Below are positions 31,065 to 41,984 of a stretch of 64,000 nucleotides of DNA, piece after piece. Position 1 is the first letter of the stretch. Each line of letters begins with the position of its first letter. Location of the stretch: the IMG/VR virus record IMGVR_UViG_3300007513_000004, positions 159,403-223,402 of that record, one strand, 5' to 3'. Below the pieces are notes generated by a model, which was not told where the DNA came from, did no database searches, and saw nothing but the letters and a program-made list of their open reading frames with translations. Position numbers and translations under genes: made by a program.

Positions 31065-33509
31065 CTATTCACTATCTGCTAAATCTGCCAACAAATCTGT
31101 GATGCACTGAATTTTCTTACCAACCTCTTCAGCCGCATCTAAAGGATTTGTCTTTGGCGAAGCAGCCGGATCATCAGAACATGGAGCTTTGTGCGTTTCT
31201 CTTGGCGGCCTGTTTGCCTGCCTTACCTCTATTCCGTTTCCTGCAAGAATAAGCTTTGCCGTACTCTCTAAGCATAAATTTCCATCATTTCTAATAATCA
31301 TTGGCGCTCCGGGCTTCATCCCAGCTATAACCAAGCCTGCCTCACTTATGGAAATAATATAATCCGAAGCATGATTTCCATCTTCGGCCGCCCATCCTTC
31401 TTGTCCGCAATATCCTTTATCTGTCATATTTACTCTTAATTCAAACCTGCCTTCGCTAAAGTTATCGCCCGTTCTGCCTCCAACATTAAGCAGGAAATCT
31501 CCATCGGTCTGAACGACCACGCTTCGACCCTCTGAATCTGTACCAAACCAAGCAACCAAGGCCCCTGCTGTATCTAAAACGATACTTTTACCGTCTTGAT
31601 TATCGGCCCCGACAGAGGTCTCTATTGATCCTTCGAAATTTAAATTAGCACTTTTTCCTCCAGACTCCTTTCTCGTGCCTTCGCCTTTGTCGGCACTCTC
31701 AGTGGCTAGTTCTTCGCTAATAGAGAATGAATTTGTATATGGAACATTGGTTTCTCCCGCGCCGCCGGAAAAACTTTTGCCAGCAACGAGAACCTCTCCG
31801 CCTGGATCCATAGCGGGTGGACCCGGATTAATCTCCACTGTGGACATAAATGTTACATCATTAGCGTCTGAGCCGTCTGCGTTTGGATCTTTAGACTTTC
31901 TCTCAAAGGACTGTCCAAGAGAATTCCCCAAAACAATACCTGGGCATGCAGTTACCGAGGTCGGAATATGAACACATTTTATTAAATTTCCAATAAGCAT
32001 TTCTGCTGCAGCATACATGTTATGATACTTTGTAGAGTTAACACGCACCTTTGTGCCGCCTGATGAATCAATTATATTTTTTAAATTATGAAAATAACCA
32101 TCTTCATTCGTATGTCTAACCCCGGTTTGTCTTGTATATTTAACATCCTCCTCTGTATCTGCAAACATAGCTTCTCTAGCAGCAGCTGTAGGATATATTT
32201 CCGTACCTTCTTCATTGCGCAGCGTAACAGGAATCTTTTCTGAAACACTCTCTGACGATGGCTTGCTTAAAGTTCCGCCCGAAGTTCTGTAGAATAAGGC
32301 ATCAGTAGGGTATAAAACATTGCCAGTGTTTGATGACTTTGGAACATTTAATTTTAAAATACCCTCTTTATCAATTGCACAAATAAAGTTATCATTATCA
32401 TTTGAGGTTGCTTCAGATAAAGAATTTGTAGATAACTGAAAATGATAACCAATCCCTCTTCTGCTTATTAATCTAGCAGATTCATAATCTTTATCAGAAA
32501 CTTCAGACGGAATTAGACCATTATCATCTCCTGTTTTTACAACTCCATAATTTGGATCTAAAACTTCTCCCCTATGATTTACAACATTACCACCTATAAT
32601 CTCTATCAATTGATGTGGAGCCAAATGTAATGCATTTCTACTTCCAATGGCCTTTATATCACTCTCCCTTTCATATATGCTAGGCACAGAAGATGCTCGA
32701 TTAACGACCTCTTGATCATACCCTATGTACCCTGAATGTTCAGAAAGCTCATTAATAACAAGTCTATATTCTGATATTGGAGGATTTCTCATTAACTCAT
32801 TTGAGGCAATATTAAGAGCCCCACGGCCAGGCCAAATACCTCTAGATTTACCATCCGTATTCTTAGGATACATCAAAACCTGATGTCCACAGGGAACTGC
32901 TGCACTAGCAGAGTTGCTTTGCGGATCAAACCTTATTGCATCACCAGAGACTAAACGACTACCTGTACTGACGGATTGAATTGTATGCCCAACGGTTGAT
33001 ACTTTTGTTTCAGTTCCGCGCAAACTTATATATAATCCACTTTTTTGATCATTTCCTAAATATATATTATTATCTGTACAAGAGCCTTCCAAAAGTAACT
33101 GCCCGCCGCCAAACGCCGCCAACTTCATGTCGTTTGTATTCATGGCCGCTATAGGATAATCCGTAGTAGCTGTCGGAACAAAATCGCCTGGCTCGACCCC
33201 CTGGCGGCCCTTCCAGCCGGGTGCCCGGTCGCTATTCGGCTTTGGGATAACCTTTAAAGCCTGAATAGTGCCTCGACTTCCTGGATGCACTCTAATGCAA
33301 AGAACTCTATCTCCTTTGTTTGGATGCCTAAATAGCCCCGAATCTCTTACTCCACCATAATAAAGAGGCGGAATTACAAAGCTGGTCCCAGTATCTTGAG
33401 AGCCCTTATGAACCGTAAGCTCTCCAGTCTTTTTGTTAACATCCAAAACAACTGCTTCAAATGGCCAAAACGATGTTATCTGTCCGGCAATATCTGAATT
33501 TCCACTCAC
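31065..33509 (-). CDS. Baseplate central spike-like protein (gp5/gpV OB-fold N-terminus)
   Basis: N-terminal AVVLDV...PPLYYGG...GLFRHPNKGDRVLC matches the gp5/gpV OB-fold PxxGxxV pattern. C-terminal beta-strand repeats. Follows the hub gene. GTG start with GGAGAA SD. Confidence 0.7.
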   Translation of the reverse strand: MSGNSDIAGQITSFWPFEAVVLDVNKKTGELTVHKGSQDTGTSFVIPPLYYGGVRDSGLFRHPNKGDRVLCIRVHPGSRGTIQALKVIPKPNSDRAPGWKGRQGVEPGDFVPTATTDYPIAAMNTNDMKLAAFGGGQLLLEGSCTDNNIYLGNDQKSGLYISLRGTETKVSTVGHTIQSVSTGSRLVSGDAIRFDPQSNSASAAVPCGHQVLMYPKNTDGKSRGIWPGRGALNIASNELMRNPPISEYRLVINELSEHSGYIGYDQEVVNRASSVPSIYERESDIKAIGSRNALHLAPHQLIEIIGGNVVNHRGEVLDPNYGVVKTGDDNGLIPSEVSDKDYESARLISRRGIGYHFQLSTNSLSEATSNDNDNFICAIDKEGILKLNVPKSSNTGNVLYPTDALFYRTSGGTLSKPSSESVSEKIPVTLRNEEGTEIYPTAAAREAMFADTEEDVKYTRQTGVRHTNEDGYFHNLKNIIDSSGGTKVRVNSTKYHNMYAAAEMLIGNLIKCVHIPTSVTACPGIVLGNSLGQSFERKSKDPNADGSDANDVTFMSTVEINPGPPAMDPGGEVLVAGKSFSGGAGETNVPYTNSFSISEELATESADKGEGTRKESGGKSANLNFEGSIETSVGADNQDGKSIVLDTAGALVAWFGTDSEGRSVVVQTDGDFLLNVGGRTGDNFSEGRFELRVNMTDKGYCGQEGWAAEDGNHASDYIISISEAGLVIAGMKPGAPMIIRNDGNLCLESTAKLILAGNGIEVRQANRPPRETHKAPCSDDPAASPKTNPLDAAEEVGKKIQCITDLLADLADSE

Positions 33510-33528
33510 TAAAACTTCTCCTTTAACT

Positions 33529-36500
33529 TTAACTTAATACGCTATTTGGTATGTCTATAATACCAACTTCAATAACATTTATTTCACCTGTAAAATTAAA
33601 CCCACTTATTTCATCTCTGAAGTCTAACCAGCTGTTTTGTTTGGGCCCGCCTTTTGGAAAAATACCCAAGGCTTTATTGCTGCTGATATCTCCGGAAAGA
33701 TCAGAAGTAAATACACCCAATAGCTTTCTATCCATGCATTTTATCTCACCAAGAGGATTCGTATCATCCTCTCTTGTAAGATATGATATCTGCTCTATAA
33801 TCTTTGTAGAATTTATCGGAGTTACTGGCATATTGTTTGGCAACTTCATAGATGTAAGCTCTTTTGTAGTACCCGTTGATCCGCCACCAAAAAGAGAACC
33901 AACACTTGTCATTGCCTGACTTATTCCATCCACAAGGTCATCGCCTCCAGAGTATGCATGATCTTGAGCTACTTGGCTCGGATTCTCCAAAAGAGATCTG
34001 ACTATTGCCATCTTTTCGCTAACATTTTGAATCGCCTCTGTATCGTCTGGATCTTTTACGAATCCTCTAACTAAAACATATCTAGTTCCCATCATTGAGC
34101 CTGATAGGTCCATCATCATATTTGTAAATCTTATTTGATTATCTTTATAATCTAACAGCTCTGCCATACCAGCGCCTCCAGTTGGAAATACAAGTGTCGA
34201 ATCTGGCTTCAACACTCTGTAACTATCATCTGTTGATTCCGTTCTATACATCAGAGCAGGATCCTCAAGGAAGTTGGAAACAAGATCCTGTCCAATAATA
34301 TCTAGCGGGCTTGGCAAATACTCTCCGGGAGGATGGCCGTAAATTAAAGAAAGGCTTGTCGTAAAACTTTGTCCACTATATGAAAAGCTATGGTTAACAG
34401 ATCTAACATAATAAAGCAATCCCTTTGCCGGAACATACACCGTATCTCCTGGCTGATAAAATTCATTTCCAGGTACAGAAATTTCTCCTCTATTTATATT
34501 CATTTTTTGTAACAATAATTCTAATATCGCATATGGCCTCGCCTGCCCTTCGGCATCACTTATAAAAGGAACATTTATTGGACCACCTGACTTATAGCCA
34601 TACTGTCTCCAAAGATCAAAGTCTGTTGCTCCAGCCCAAAAATACAAGCCATCTGTTCCAGAGTTTAAATTGGCCCCCATTCCTAGTGGCGCATCACCCT
34701 GCACATCCACTCGACAAAAGTCTGGTGGATTTTCTGTAAAGGTAGCAGATAGAATATATTCATCTTTCAATATATATCTCTTTCCTGATCCATATCCTAA
34801 AAAGTTTCTTGTATCATCTTCTATGAGATGATCAAAGACAGAACCCTCATTTGCATCTCCAGTTATAATATCAATAGCATTTTGAGTGCTTTCTGCTAAA
34901 TTCTCAAGAAACTCAACCCCATCTCCAGATATTATTCCATCTGCAACATCTATCTCATCAGAATCTTCGCCAGACTCAAGAATTCCCGAAATCTCCTCTA
35001 ACTCTTCTTGTTTTGACAAGTTTGCTTGCAACATAGAAACATAACTATCTCTTTGAGATATAGCTTTTTTAATTTTATCCAAAATTCCATTGTTTCCTGT
35101 AACCACACTGTCAATATCTTCTTCATCCATAAAGAATATTAAATCTTTATTCTTAAAACCTTCTTTTTTGTCAATGCCTATGCCTTGAGCGGGATCTCTT
35201 CCGAATTGCTTCTTAAAAGTATTTCTTATGCCATTTAGGTTGTCAATTGTTGCCAGGTGTTGCGCTGGAGGCCTTATCGTATTGCCGGTGCCAGAACTGC
35301 CTGCTGCTGTCATTATATCGTTAACAATACCAGCCTCTTCTTGAAAGATTGGATCAAAAATACCCAAAAGAGTCTCTGTGTCTCCAGATAAAATATCTCC
35401 ATTTTCCTGAAAAGCAGCCGTAACCTTTAGCCCATCTCCGAACAACGAATTATTACTCTCTGTTATATCTCCAGCAGTTCCTTCAAACTCTCTCTGCTTA
35501 AGCTGCAAGCCTCCAGTTTGTGGAGAGTTGGCTCCAAAGAAATTTGCAATATCCCCAAACACTCCGCCGGCAACGGGGGCTTGAACTCCAAAGAAATCTA
35601 ATGAATCTGGACCAGATAGCTGCATATTTGGAATTATCGTATGATCTGGATACCTTCCCATCATAAGGCATAATAATACAATCTTTACATTCAAAGTGTG
35701 TACCGATAAATATAATCCTTCAATTCTTGTTGAAAAAAGATTGGTTATAAACCCTGGCATAATATCTCTGCCAGTTTCCTCCTGCGTTCTTATAACTTCC
35801 TTTAAAATAGAAAGGGGTGTTCGATTCCAAAGAGGAGGTCTAAACTCTAAATGACCCTGACTGTTGCAAAAGAATTCCAGGTGCAAATACCTAGCTGCCT
35901 CATCACATTTTTGATAAGTATCAACAAAGGTTCCTTTAAATAATGGAAAACTTCCATTATTTAATGATAAAATAAATGGTTTAATATCAGCACTATCATA
36001 CTGATCTGATACAACAAATAAATTCCTATCCCTATTCAGCCTAACATCTTCAATTCTTCTTTGCGCCCCAATCAGCCTCATTGCTCTATTTATATCATGA
36101 TTTTCCTCTTCATCATCATCCAGCGGAAGGCCGGAGCTTGGACCAAACAAGCTTATTTCAATGCCAACATCGTCGGCCGAAGTTAATGCACTATTAAACT
36201 GAGTTCCAACCCTTATCTGTTCTTGAATCGCAGCATCAATTGTATCAATTTCAGCCTGCAATGTGGCAACCAAAGCGGCTGCCGGAATTCCCGTCTGAAC
36301 CCCGCTTCCAGCGTTTTTTTGAAGACTTCTCATCTTCTTTCTAAGTTTCACCTTTCTCTTTTGCAAATTTTTAACCTGATTATTAGCCGTAGATCGAACC
36401 CCAGCCTGATTAATCATCTGTTCTGCCGCAGAAGAGCTAACTGACGCCATTCTATATGGGTGAAAATTTCCATAATATTCATTTTGCTCTCTTACCGCCT

Positions 36501-38862
36501 CCACAACACCTGTTAGTGGATCTTCTGGGCTAAAGTTTGTAGAACGATCACTCTTATTGTGCGCCGCGAGAGATTGCTCTATAAATGTTTCTACATCATA
36601 TGGCTGCCCAACAATCAAAATGCTTAAAATATTTGGAATATCAAGATTATTTAAAACATCATTTGTAGCTGTAACAGAATAATTTTGATCAAATTGTGAA
36701 GACATCTGGCTCTCTCCGGTTGGATCTACAATTTGAAATCCAGCCGTGGCCGTGATAACTCCGGTCTTCCACCTGTATACAAAACCATCCGGATGTTGCA
36801 TTACCTTCTTTCCATCTAAAGAACCAGGTCCATTGTATTGGCTTTGAAGAAGATTTCCCTCTGTAGCGTTTTGTCCGGCTAATATCCCAGAATCATAGCT
36901 AAGCAAGCCTGATGATAATAAATTTTTATTTTCATACAGCAATTCTCTTTCAGAGCCTATAACCTGTCCTAATTCATCTTTCGCCAATTCAAACGGAGTC
37001 AGCGGATCTTCCAAGATTCCCTGAGGATCGGCCATCGCTGGTTTTATAGCAAACCTACTCCACTTTAGCCAAGACATATTATCTGTGCATGAAACATTCA
37101 AAGTCCAATAACCTCCTGAAAAATTTTCAGAAGTATTTGTAATATACCCTCCGAACACATGAATCATTCCAAATGAATTATCCTGCATATGCCTTAATTT
37201 TTTATAAGTTTCAATATCCATTCTTTGATTTGTATATAATTGATACTCTGCCTTTAAAACTGCAGTGTCAATTTCCATAAAACCTGTATCAAAAGGTGCT
37301 TCGCTAGCCTCCTCTGGGTATAGTGACCCTCCTAATGTATAATCTGTATATGTTCTATTTCCACGAATATAAAAATGAACAGGATCTGGCGGACTCACAA
37401 TTGGCTTTCCAAGATAAAAGGTTCTAAGCCTCTCTCTTACATATTCCATGTCTAAAGAAGAATCTGCAGACCCCGCGCCACCGAGCTCCATAGCGGCAGA
37501 TACAATGGATGACCCATCTATCGGAGGCATACTTCCGGCCATACCCTCAGATTGCATTCCACCGTTTACTAATTCATCAAGAATTCCAACCGTTCCATTC
37601 AAAGCCTCTTCTATTGCAAGCTCTATATCATCCTCTAAAATGGTTCCAAGCCTATATGGATAAGTCATTGCGAAACTGGCAGTCCCAGGAGCAGTCTCAT
37701 AGTTGGTTGAAGTTTGAAAACTATTAAAAATTGTAAGCTCAATGACCCCAGTTCCTGGCCCTATTATATAATTGGCCGGATCGTGCGGATCAACTATCCA
37801 TGTTGTTAATTGATTATCAGTAGAAAATGCATTCCTTTTAAGCACCTTTGCTATATCTTCATTCATAGCACTATATTGCTCAACAGAAGATCCATAAGCA
37901 AAGGCATCCCCTATATCGCTAAACATGGTGTCCCAACTAAAGCTGAGATCTGCATCTGCATCTGCTCCACTTATAGCGGAAGCGTGACCATCTACACCTT
38001 CGTATTCATTTTTAAACTCTTCTTTTTTGCCTTCAAGAATCAACTTTGCAGTAGAGGCTGGCAGTGTATCTAAATAAGTTCTATTTGTATCTAAAGTAAC
38101 ACTCAAATAAGCTTCAATCTCTTCTCCTCTTTCATCAGTCAATAAGTTTCCATCCTCATCTCTAAGAAAAAGATCAGTAGTTGGCGCAGCGTCTGAACCT
38201 GGAGGGGCTACCGAAGATCTAGACTCAGCCAGTTGTTCATCACTTGCGTATATATACTGACCAGTGGCTGTATCATAGTATGCAGAGCCACCTTCGAGGC
38301 CCAAATTGTCCCCCCTAAGCTCAGAAAGCCACTCCTCAAGTCTTTTTGCAACATATTCTTCAGAAGTATATCCAAGTTTGTTTATATCGAATAAAGCTCC
38401 TTCGTTTATAAAAGAAGACAGCAAGTTCATACTGTACATCTTATTATCAGAAAGAAAATTTTCAAACTTTGTTAAGCTCTCATATGCTCTTATCTGCTGA
38501 ACTTTATAAGCAAACAATGCCTTAGTTGCTCTTAAAAGCATTTTTTCAGTTTTGTCCATAAACCTTAAATCATTAGCGCTTTTTAATGAAGAAAATGGCT
38601 TTTTCTTTATTAAAATTGTTGCCTCAGGAGACATCGCCAACAAGTTTCTGGTATCAGGAGTTACAGAGTTTGCATGATTTTGGTCTAAGAATATAGAAGC
38701 ACCCGTGCCAACAAGCGAAGGCGGCGGGTTCTCTATAGATCCATAATCAACATGTATAGGGACTGCTCCCTGAGATATCTTTGTTCTTGCCTCATTCAAA
38801 ACCTCTTTGATGCGAACATCCAACTCTGGAGTTAAACTCGGACTGGGCGCACTACCTGCCAT
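33529..38862 (-). CDS. Baseplate hub protein (gp27/gpD/gp44-like) with large insertions
   Basis: EFFCNSQGHLEFRPP and the C-terminal GEISVPGNEFYQPGDTVYV...YYVRSVNHSFSYSGQSFTTSLSL are typical of late-control-D/hub proteins. Position after tube initiator. Confidence 0.8.
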   Translation of the reverse strand: MAGSAPSPSLTPELDVRIKEVLNEARTKISQGAVPIHVDYGSIENPPPSLVGTGASIFLDQNHANSVTPDTRNLLAMSPEATILIKKKPFSSLKSANDLRFMDKTEKMLLRATKALFAYKVQQIRAYESLTKFENFLSDNKMYSMNLLSSFINEGALFDINKLGYTSEEYVAKRLEEWLSELRGDNLGLEGGSAYYDTATGQYIYASDEQLAESRSSVAPPGSDAAPTTDLFLRDEDGNLLTDERGEEIEAYLSVTLDTNRTYLDTLPASTAKLILEGKKEEFKNEYEGVDGHASAISGADADADLSFSWDTMFSDIGDAFAYGSSVEQYSAMNEDIAKVLKRNAFSTDNQLTTWIVDPHDPANYIIGPGTGVIELTIFNSFQTSTNYETAPGTASFAMTYPYRLGTILEDDIELAIEEALNGTVGILDELVNGGMQSEGMAGSMPPIDGSSIVSAAMELGGAGSADSSLDMEYVRERLRTFYLGKPIVSPPDPVHFYIRGNRTYTDYTLGGSLYPEEASEAPFDTGFMEIDTAVLKAEYQLYTNQRMDIETYKKLRHMQDNSFGMIHVFGGYITNTSENFSGGYWTLNVSCTDNMSWLKWSRFAIKPAMADPQGILEDPLTPFELAKDELGQVIGSERELLYENKNLLSSGLLSYDSGILAGQNATEGNLLQSQYNGPGSLDGKKVMQHPDGFVYRWKTGVITATAGFQIVDPTGESQMSSQFDQNYSVTATNDVLNNLDIPNILSILIVGQPYDVETFIEQSLAAHNKSDRSTNFSPEDPLTGVVEAVREQNEYYGNFHPYRMASVSSSAAEQMINQAGVRSTANNQVKNLQKRKVKLRKKMRSLQKNAGSGVQTGIPAAALVATLQAEIDTIDAAIQEQIRVGTQFNSALTSADDVGIEISLFGPSSGLPLDDDEEENHDINRAMRLIGAQRRIEDVRLNRDRNLFVVSDQYDSADIKPFILSLNNGSFPLFKGTFVDTYQKCDEAARYLHLEFFCNSQGHLEFRPPLWNRTPLSILKEVIRTQEETGRDIMPGFITNLFSTRIEGLYLSVHTLNVKIVLLCLMMGRYPDHTIIPNMQLSGPDSLDFFGVQAPVAGGVFGDIANFFGANSPQTGGLQLKQREFEGTAGDITESNNSLFGDGLKVTAAFQENGDILSGDTETLLGIFDPIFQEEAGIVNDIMTAAGSSGTGNTIRPPAQHLATIDNLNGIRNTFKKQFGRDPAQGIGIDKKEGFKNKDLIFFMDEEDIDSVVTGNNGILDKIKKAISQRDSYVSMLQANLSKQEELEEISGILESGEDSDEIDVADGIISGDGVEFLENLAESTQNAIDIITGDANEGSVFDHLIEDDTRNFLGYGSGKRYILKDEYILSATFTENPPDFCRVDVQGDAPLGMGANLNSGTDGLYFWAGATDFDLWRQYGYKSGGPINVPFISDAEGQARPYAILELLLQKMNINRGEISVPGNEFYQPGDTVYVPAKGLLYYVRSVNHSFSYSGQSFTTSLSLIYGHPPGEYLPSPLDIIGQDLVSNFLEDPALMYRTESTDDSYRVLKPDSTLVFPTGGAGMAELLDYKDNQIRFTNMMMDLSGSMMGTRYVLVRGFVKDPDDTEAIQNVSEKMAIVRSLLENPSQVAQDHAYSGGDDLVDGISQAMTSVGSLFGGGSTGTTKELTSMKLPNNMPVTPINSTKIIEQISYLTREDDTNPLGEIKCMDRKLLGVFTSDLSGDISSNKALGIFPKGGPKQNSWLDFRDEISGFNFTGEINVIEVGIIDIPNSVLS

Positions 38863-38870
38863 ATATCACC

Positions 38871-39896
38871 TCAACTACCACTTTTGATAGAACTCTTTCT
38901 GTTTGGATTAACAGAGTTCGGCTCTACTTGTTTATTGTCATCATCTTTAAATGTAGACTTTGTAGGGTTATTATTTAAAGAGTAATTATCATATAACTCT
39001 GGTGCTGTAGGCACAGTCGTTGAAGAGCTTGCGAATGATAAATTATCAGAGCCTGGAGTGTGCCCCTTATCAACTGTGGTGCCTTGAGCCATCATCGCTT
39101 CTCCGTCATATGACAACGGCTCCCTATGCCATGGCATAAAGTTTTCCCTTCGGCCCGTTCTTCTTAATACTGTAAATGTAAATTGATAAGTAAAATGACC
39201 AGGCTCTTGAGCAGATTCTGTTGTACTAAAGTTTTCAAAATAACCTCTGTAAAACTCTCCCTGATAATACATGTCTACATTTGTAGCAAAAGCTGCCAAA
39301 CTTGGAACGCTCGTAAACTGCTCATAACTAGCCGCAGTTCCACTTCCGGTAAATGGAGCAGATATTATATCTATAGCATTACTAACTCCAGAAACAGTGT
39401 CTGAAAAAGCCCCGCCCGTAAGAACATCTGCAACATTTGTTAGTGTTATTCCGGAAGAGCTGCTTTCTGCCAAAAGAGCTGCAGCTTCTTGCGCTGCAAT
39501 TTGAGCTTCGAGCGCCAAGGCCTCTTGCCTCTTTCTTAAAACATCTCTATACTGTATTTGCTCATGCCTATAAATATCTCTCAAAACATTTATTCCCTCT
39601 ATACCCGAAGAGCCCGTTGTGCCCCCAACCTCAATCTTGGTCAAAGCCTCTCCCCAGTACTGAGTAACGAAGCCACCCTTTGTAAGATCAGACTTAATCA
39701 GTTTATTATCTCGAACATTAAAGCTCTGAGGGTTTATATACAACTGCCTTCTTGCCCATAAAGGATCTCCGTCATCATTGTAAACCGTACCAGTTTGATT
39801 AGATCCAGATGCAGAATATGGATTTACACCGCCTGTAATAGCCTCCAATGATAAAGGAAGAAAGAAAATTATAGTTTGTCTTGTTATATCACCCAT
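38871..39896 (-). CDS. Tail tube initiator / baseplate-tube junction protein (gp48/gp54-like)
   Basis: LYINPQSFNV...TKGGFVTQYWGEALTKIEVGGTTG. Position right after tape measure. Confidence 0.7.
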   Translation of the reverse strand: MGDITRQTIIFFLPLSLEAITGGVNPYSASGSNQTGTVYNDDGDPLWARRQLYINPQSFNVRDNKLIKSDLTKGGFVTQYWGEALTKIEVGGTTGSSGIEGINVLRDIYRHEQIQYRDVLRKRQEALALEAQIAAQEAAALLAESSSSGITLTNVADVLTGGAFSDTVSGVSNAIDIISAPFTGSGTAASYEQFTSVPSLAAFATNVDMYYQGEFYRGYFENFSTTESAQEPGHFTYQFTFTVLRRTGRRENFMPWHREPLSYDGEAMMAQGTTVDKGHTPGSDNLSFASSSTTVPTAPELYDNYSLNNNPTKSTFKDDDNKQVEPNSVNPNRKSSIKSGS

Positions 39897-39905
39897 GTTT
39901 TATCC

Positions 39906-41978
39906 TTAGTCTGTACTCGCGCCCGCACGATTTCTAGTTCCCTGTCCAAGTTCATTACTTATTGTGGCTGCTGCATTTAATACCGATCCAGCCCTATCTG
40001 TCAAATCAATCTCTATAGAAAGCTTAGCAGCAAAAGCATCCGCTATTGCTACAGCCATGGCGTCTGCCAAGTCCCTCCTACTTGAAAACCCGGCCTGCTC
40101 CAAAGCCGATGTTGATGCCTCAGACGCCGCAAGCATAGATGCTCTCTCTATATTGGCAGGTAATTCATTCATATTTAAATTAAAATTATCAAGATTACCG
40201 CTCAAATTAGTAGCAGCCTCAACGATGCCGGCATTATCGGCCGGGCCCTCCATTGTCGCGGCTCGCGTTAACGTTCCAACATCCCCTCGGGTAGCGCGAG
40301 GAGCATTGGCCCCGCCTCCTGGTGCAGATAAAATTTGACTTATAGAGCTATCTCCCTCCAGGCCAAGACTGTCTAATGCGCTAAGCAGACTATCCTGAAG
40401 GCCGCCTGATCCGGCGGCTCCTATTCTTCCCCGAATAGCCTCTCCACCCGCCTGAATACCTCCCGTTAACTTTCTTCTGCCTGCCGCAGCCACGCCTCTC
40501 ATTCCTTCCAAAGCCGGTCTTGCCAAAACTGCTAACAAATTAGATTGAATTGCAAGCTGTTGATTTGCCTTTTCCCATTCATCAAGGGTTTTATCTCTTC
40601 CTTCCATCTCATTCTTTAATTGTTTTTCTAATTCTGCCTTGGTATCCACATCTCCAGATCTAGTTGCATCATCTAATCTTGAAAGCATGTCCAAAACACG
40701 AGTTGCTGACTTATCATCACCAACTCCAAATTGATTTTTTAACATCTGCTGCTGTATATAAAACTGATTCTGAAGCTCTGGAGACTCAGCTGCCTGCTGA
40801 ACAGTTACGATATCTCCCCCTGTAAACGAAGCAAGGGTATCTTTCATCCCCATTGCCAATTGAGCCCCTATATCTGATTGTTCTCCAGTCTGTTCAGCCT
40901 CCAGCATGGCCGCCTGCATTCCGATTGATGCTCCCAGCACTCCTGATCCGCCACCGCCGCCGATATCTAATCCACCTCTTTGAAATACAAGATAAGCATT
41001 TGCATAATTCGTTGTTAAATCTGCCAATGCACTAGTCAAAGTCCGCGTTAAATCAACAGCATTTTCAATTCCAAGCCCCATATCTTGCATTGTTCGTCCA
41101 AACCCTTCTAATATTGGTCTTCCAAAATCTGCTGACATTCCAAGCTTTTCGAACCCTTGTACTGCGCTATTCAATGTAGACGCAACAGTTGATGCTCTTA
41201 ATCCTGTTTCTTTTGCAACTGCACTAAATCCGCCGATCATCTCTGCAGCTTCTTGGGCGCTTTTTCCCTGCTTGTTCATAGCTGTATTGAAATATTCAGC
41301 ACCCTCGGATACAGATACGCCCATGGCAGCAGCTTGAGCTGCAGCAACAGCATAGAGCTTTGTTGACCCAATTCCCGTATCAACACTTTGATTTAACTGA
41401 TCTAATGATAAGCTGGTATTTTTAGTCGCCTCAACAAACCCTGTCATGGCATCTTTTGTAAGATACATAGATTGTGCAAATTGACTTGCCGTCTCTGTCC
41501 TTAAACCATCTGCAAATCTTTCTGCTTCGCCAATTGTGCTTCCAAACTGCTTTCCTAAGTCAAAAATGCCTTTATCATATTCTCTTAACGCTCTGGAGGG
41601 CCCGTCAAAAGTTTCTGCCAATAACTTAGCAGATTCAACAGCACCTTCTCCAAGCTCGCCAAGAATGCTCGTGCCAACCGACATGGCTTGAAACATAGCA
41701 TTTGCCGCGCTACCAACCCCTGGAATTTTTGAAGCAAGAGTTCCAAGAAAGCTAAGAGATTTAGAGCCTGCGTCTGTCATGCCGCTGATTGCCTCTGCAG
41801 CCTCCTCAAAGGCTGGAGTCATACCGCCGACCTTACTGCCACCAACTGACGAGCCAAGTTCAAAAATACTCTTTACAGAACTATTAAACCCCTCTGTAGT
41901 ATCCTTGGCCTCTTTCGCAGCCTTACGGTACGCCTCGACCTCAGCACGGAGCTGTGCAACCTCATCTTGAACGGACAT
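39906..41978 (-). CDS. Tape measure protein (690 aa)
   Basis: Ala/Gly/Ser-rich and helical. Lies immediately after the chaperone genes and before the tube initiator. Confidence 0.8.
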   Translation of the reverse strand: MSVQDEVAQLRAEVEAYRKAAKEAKDTTEGFNSSVKSIFELGSSVGGSKVGGMTPAFEEAAEAISGMTDAGSKSLSFLGTLASKIPGVGSAANAMFQAMSVGTSILGELGEGAVESAKLLAETFDGPSRALREYDKGIFDLGKQFGSTIGEAERFADGLRTETASQFAQSMYLTKDAMTGFVEATKNTSLSLDQLNQSVDTGIGSTKLYAVAAAQAAAMGVSVSEGAEYFNTAMNKQGKSAQEAAEMIGGFSAVAKETGLRASTVASTLNSAVQGFEKLGMSADFGRPILEGFGRTMQDMGLGIENAVDLTRTLTSALADLTTNYANAYLVFQRGGLDIGGGGGSGVLGASIGMQAAMLEAEQTGEQSDIGAQLAMGMKDTLASFTGGDIVTVQQAAESPELQNQFYIQQQMLKNQFGVGDDKSATRVLDMLSRLDDATRSGDVDTKAELEKQLKNEMEGRDKTLDEWEKANQQLAIQSNLLAVLARPALEGMRGVAAAGRRKLTGGIQAGGEAIRGRIGAAGSGGLQDSLLSALDSLGLEGDSSISQILSAPGGGANAPRATRGDVGTLTRAATMEGPADNAGIVEAATNLSGNLDNFNLNMNELPANIERASMLAASEASTSALEQAGFSSRRDLADAMAVAIADAFAAKLSIEIDLTDRAGSVLNAAATISNELGQGTRNRAGASTD

Positions 41979-41984
41979 TTTGCT

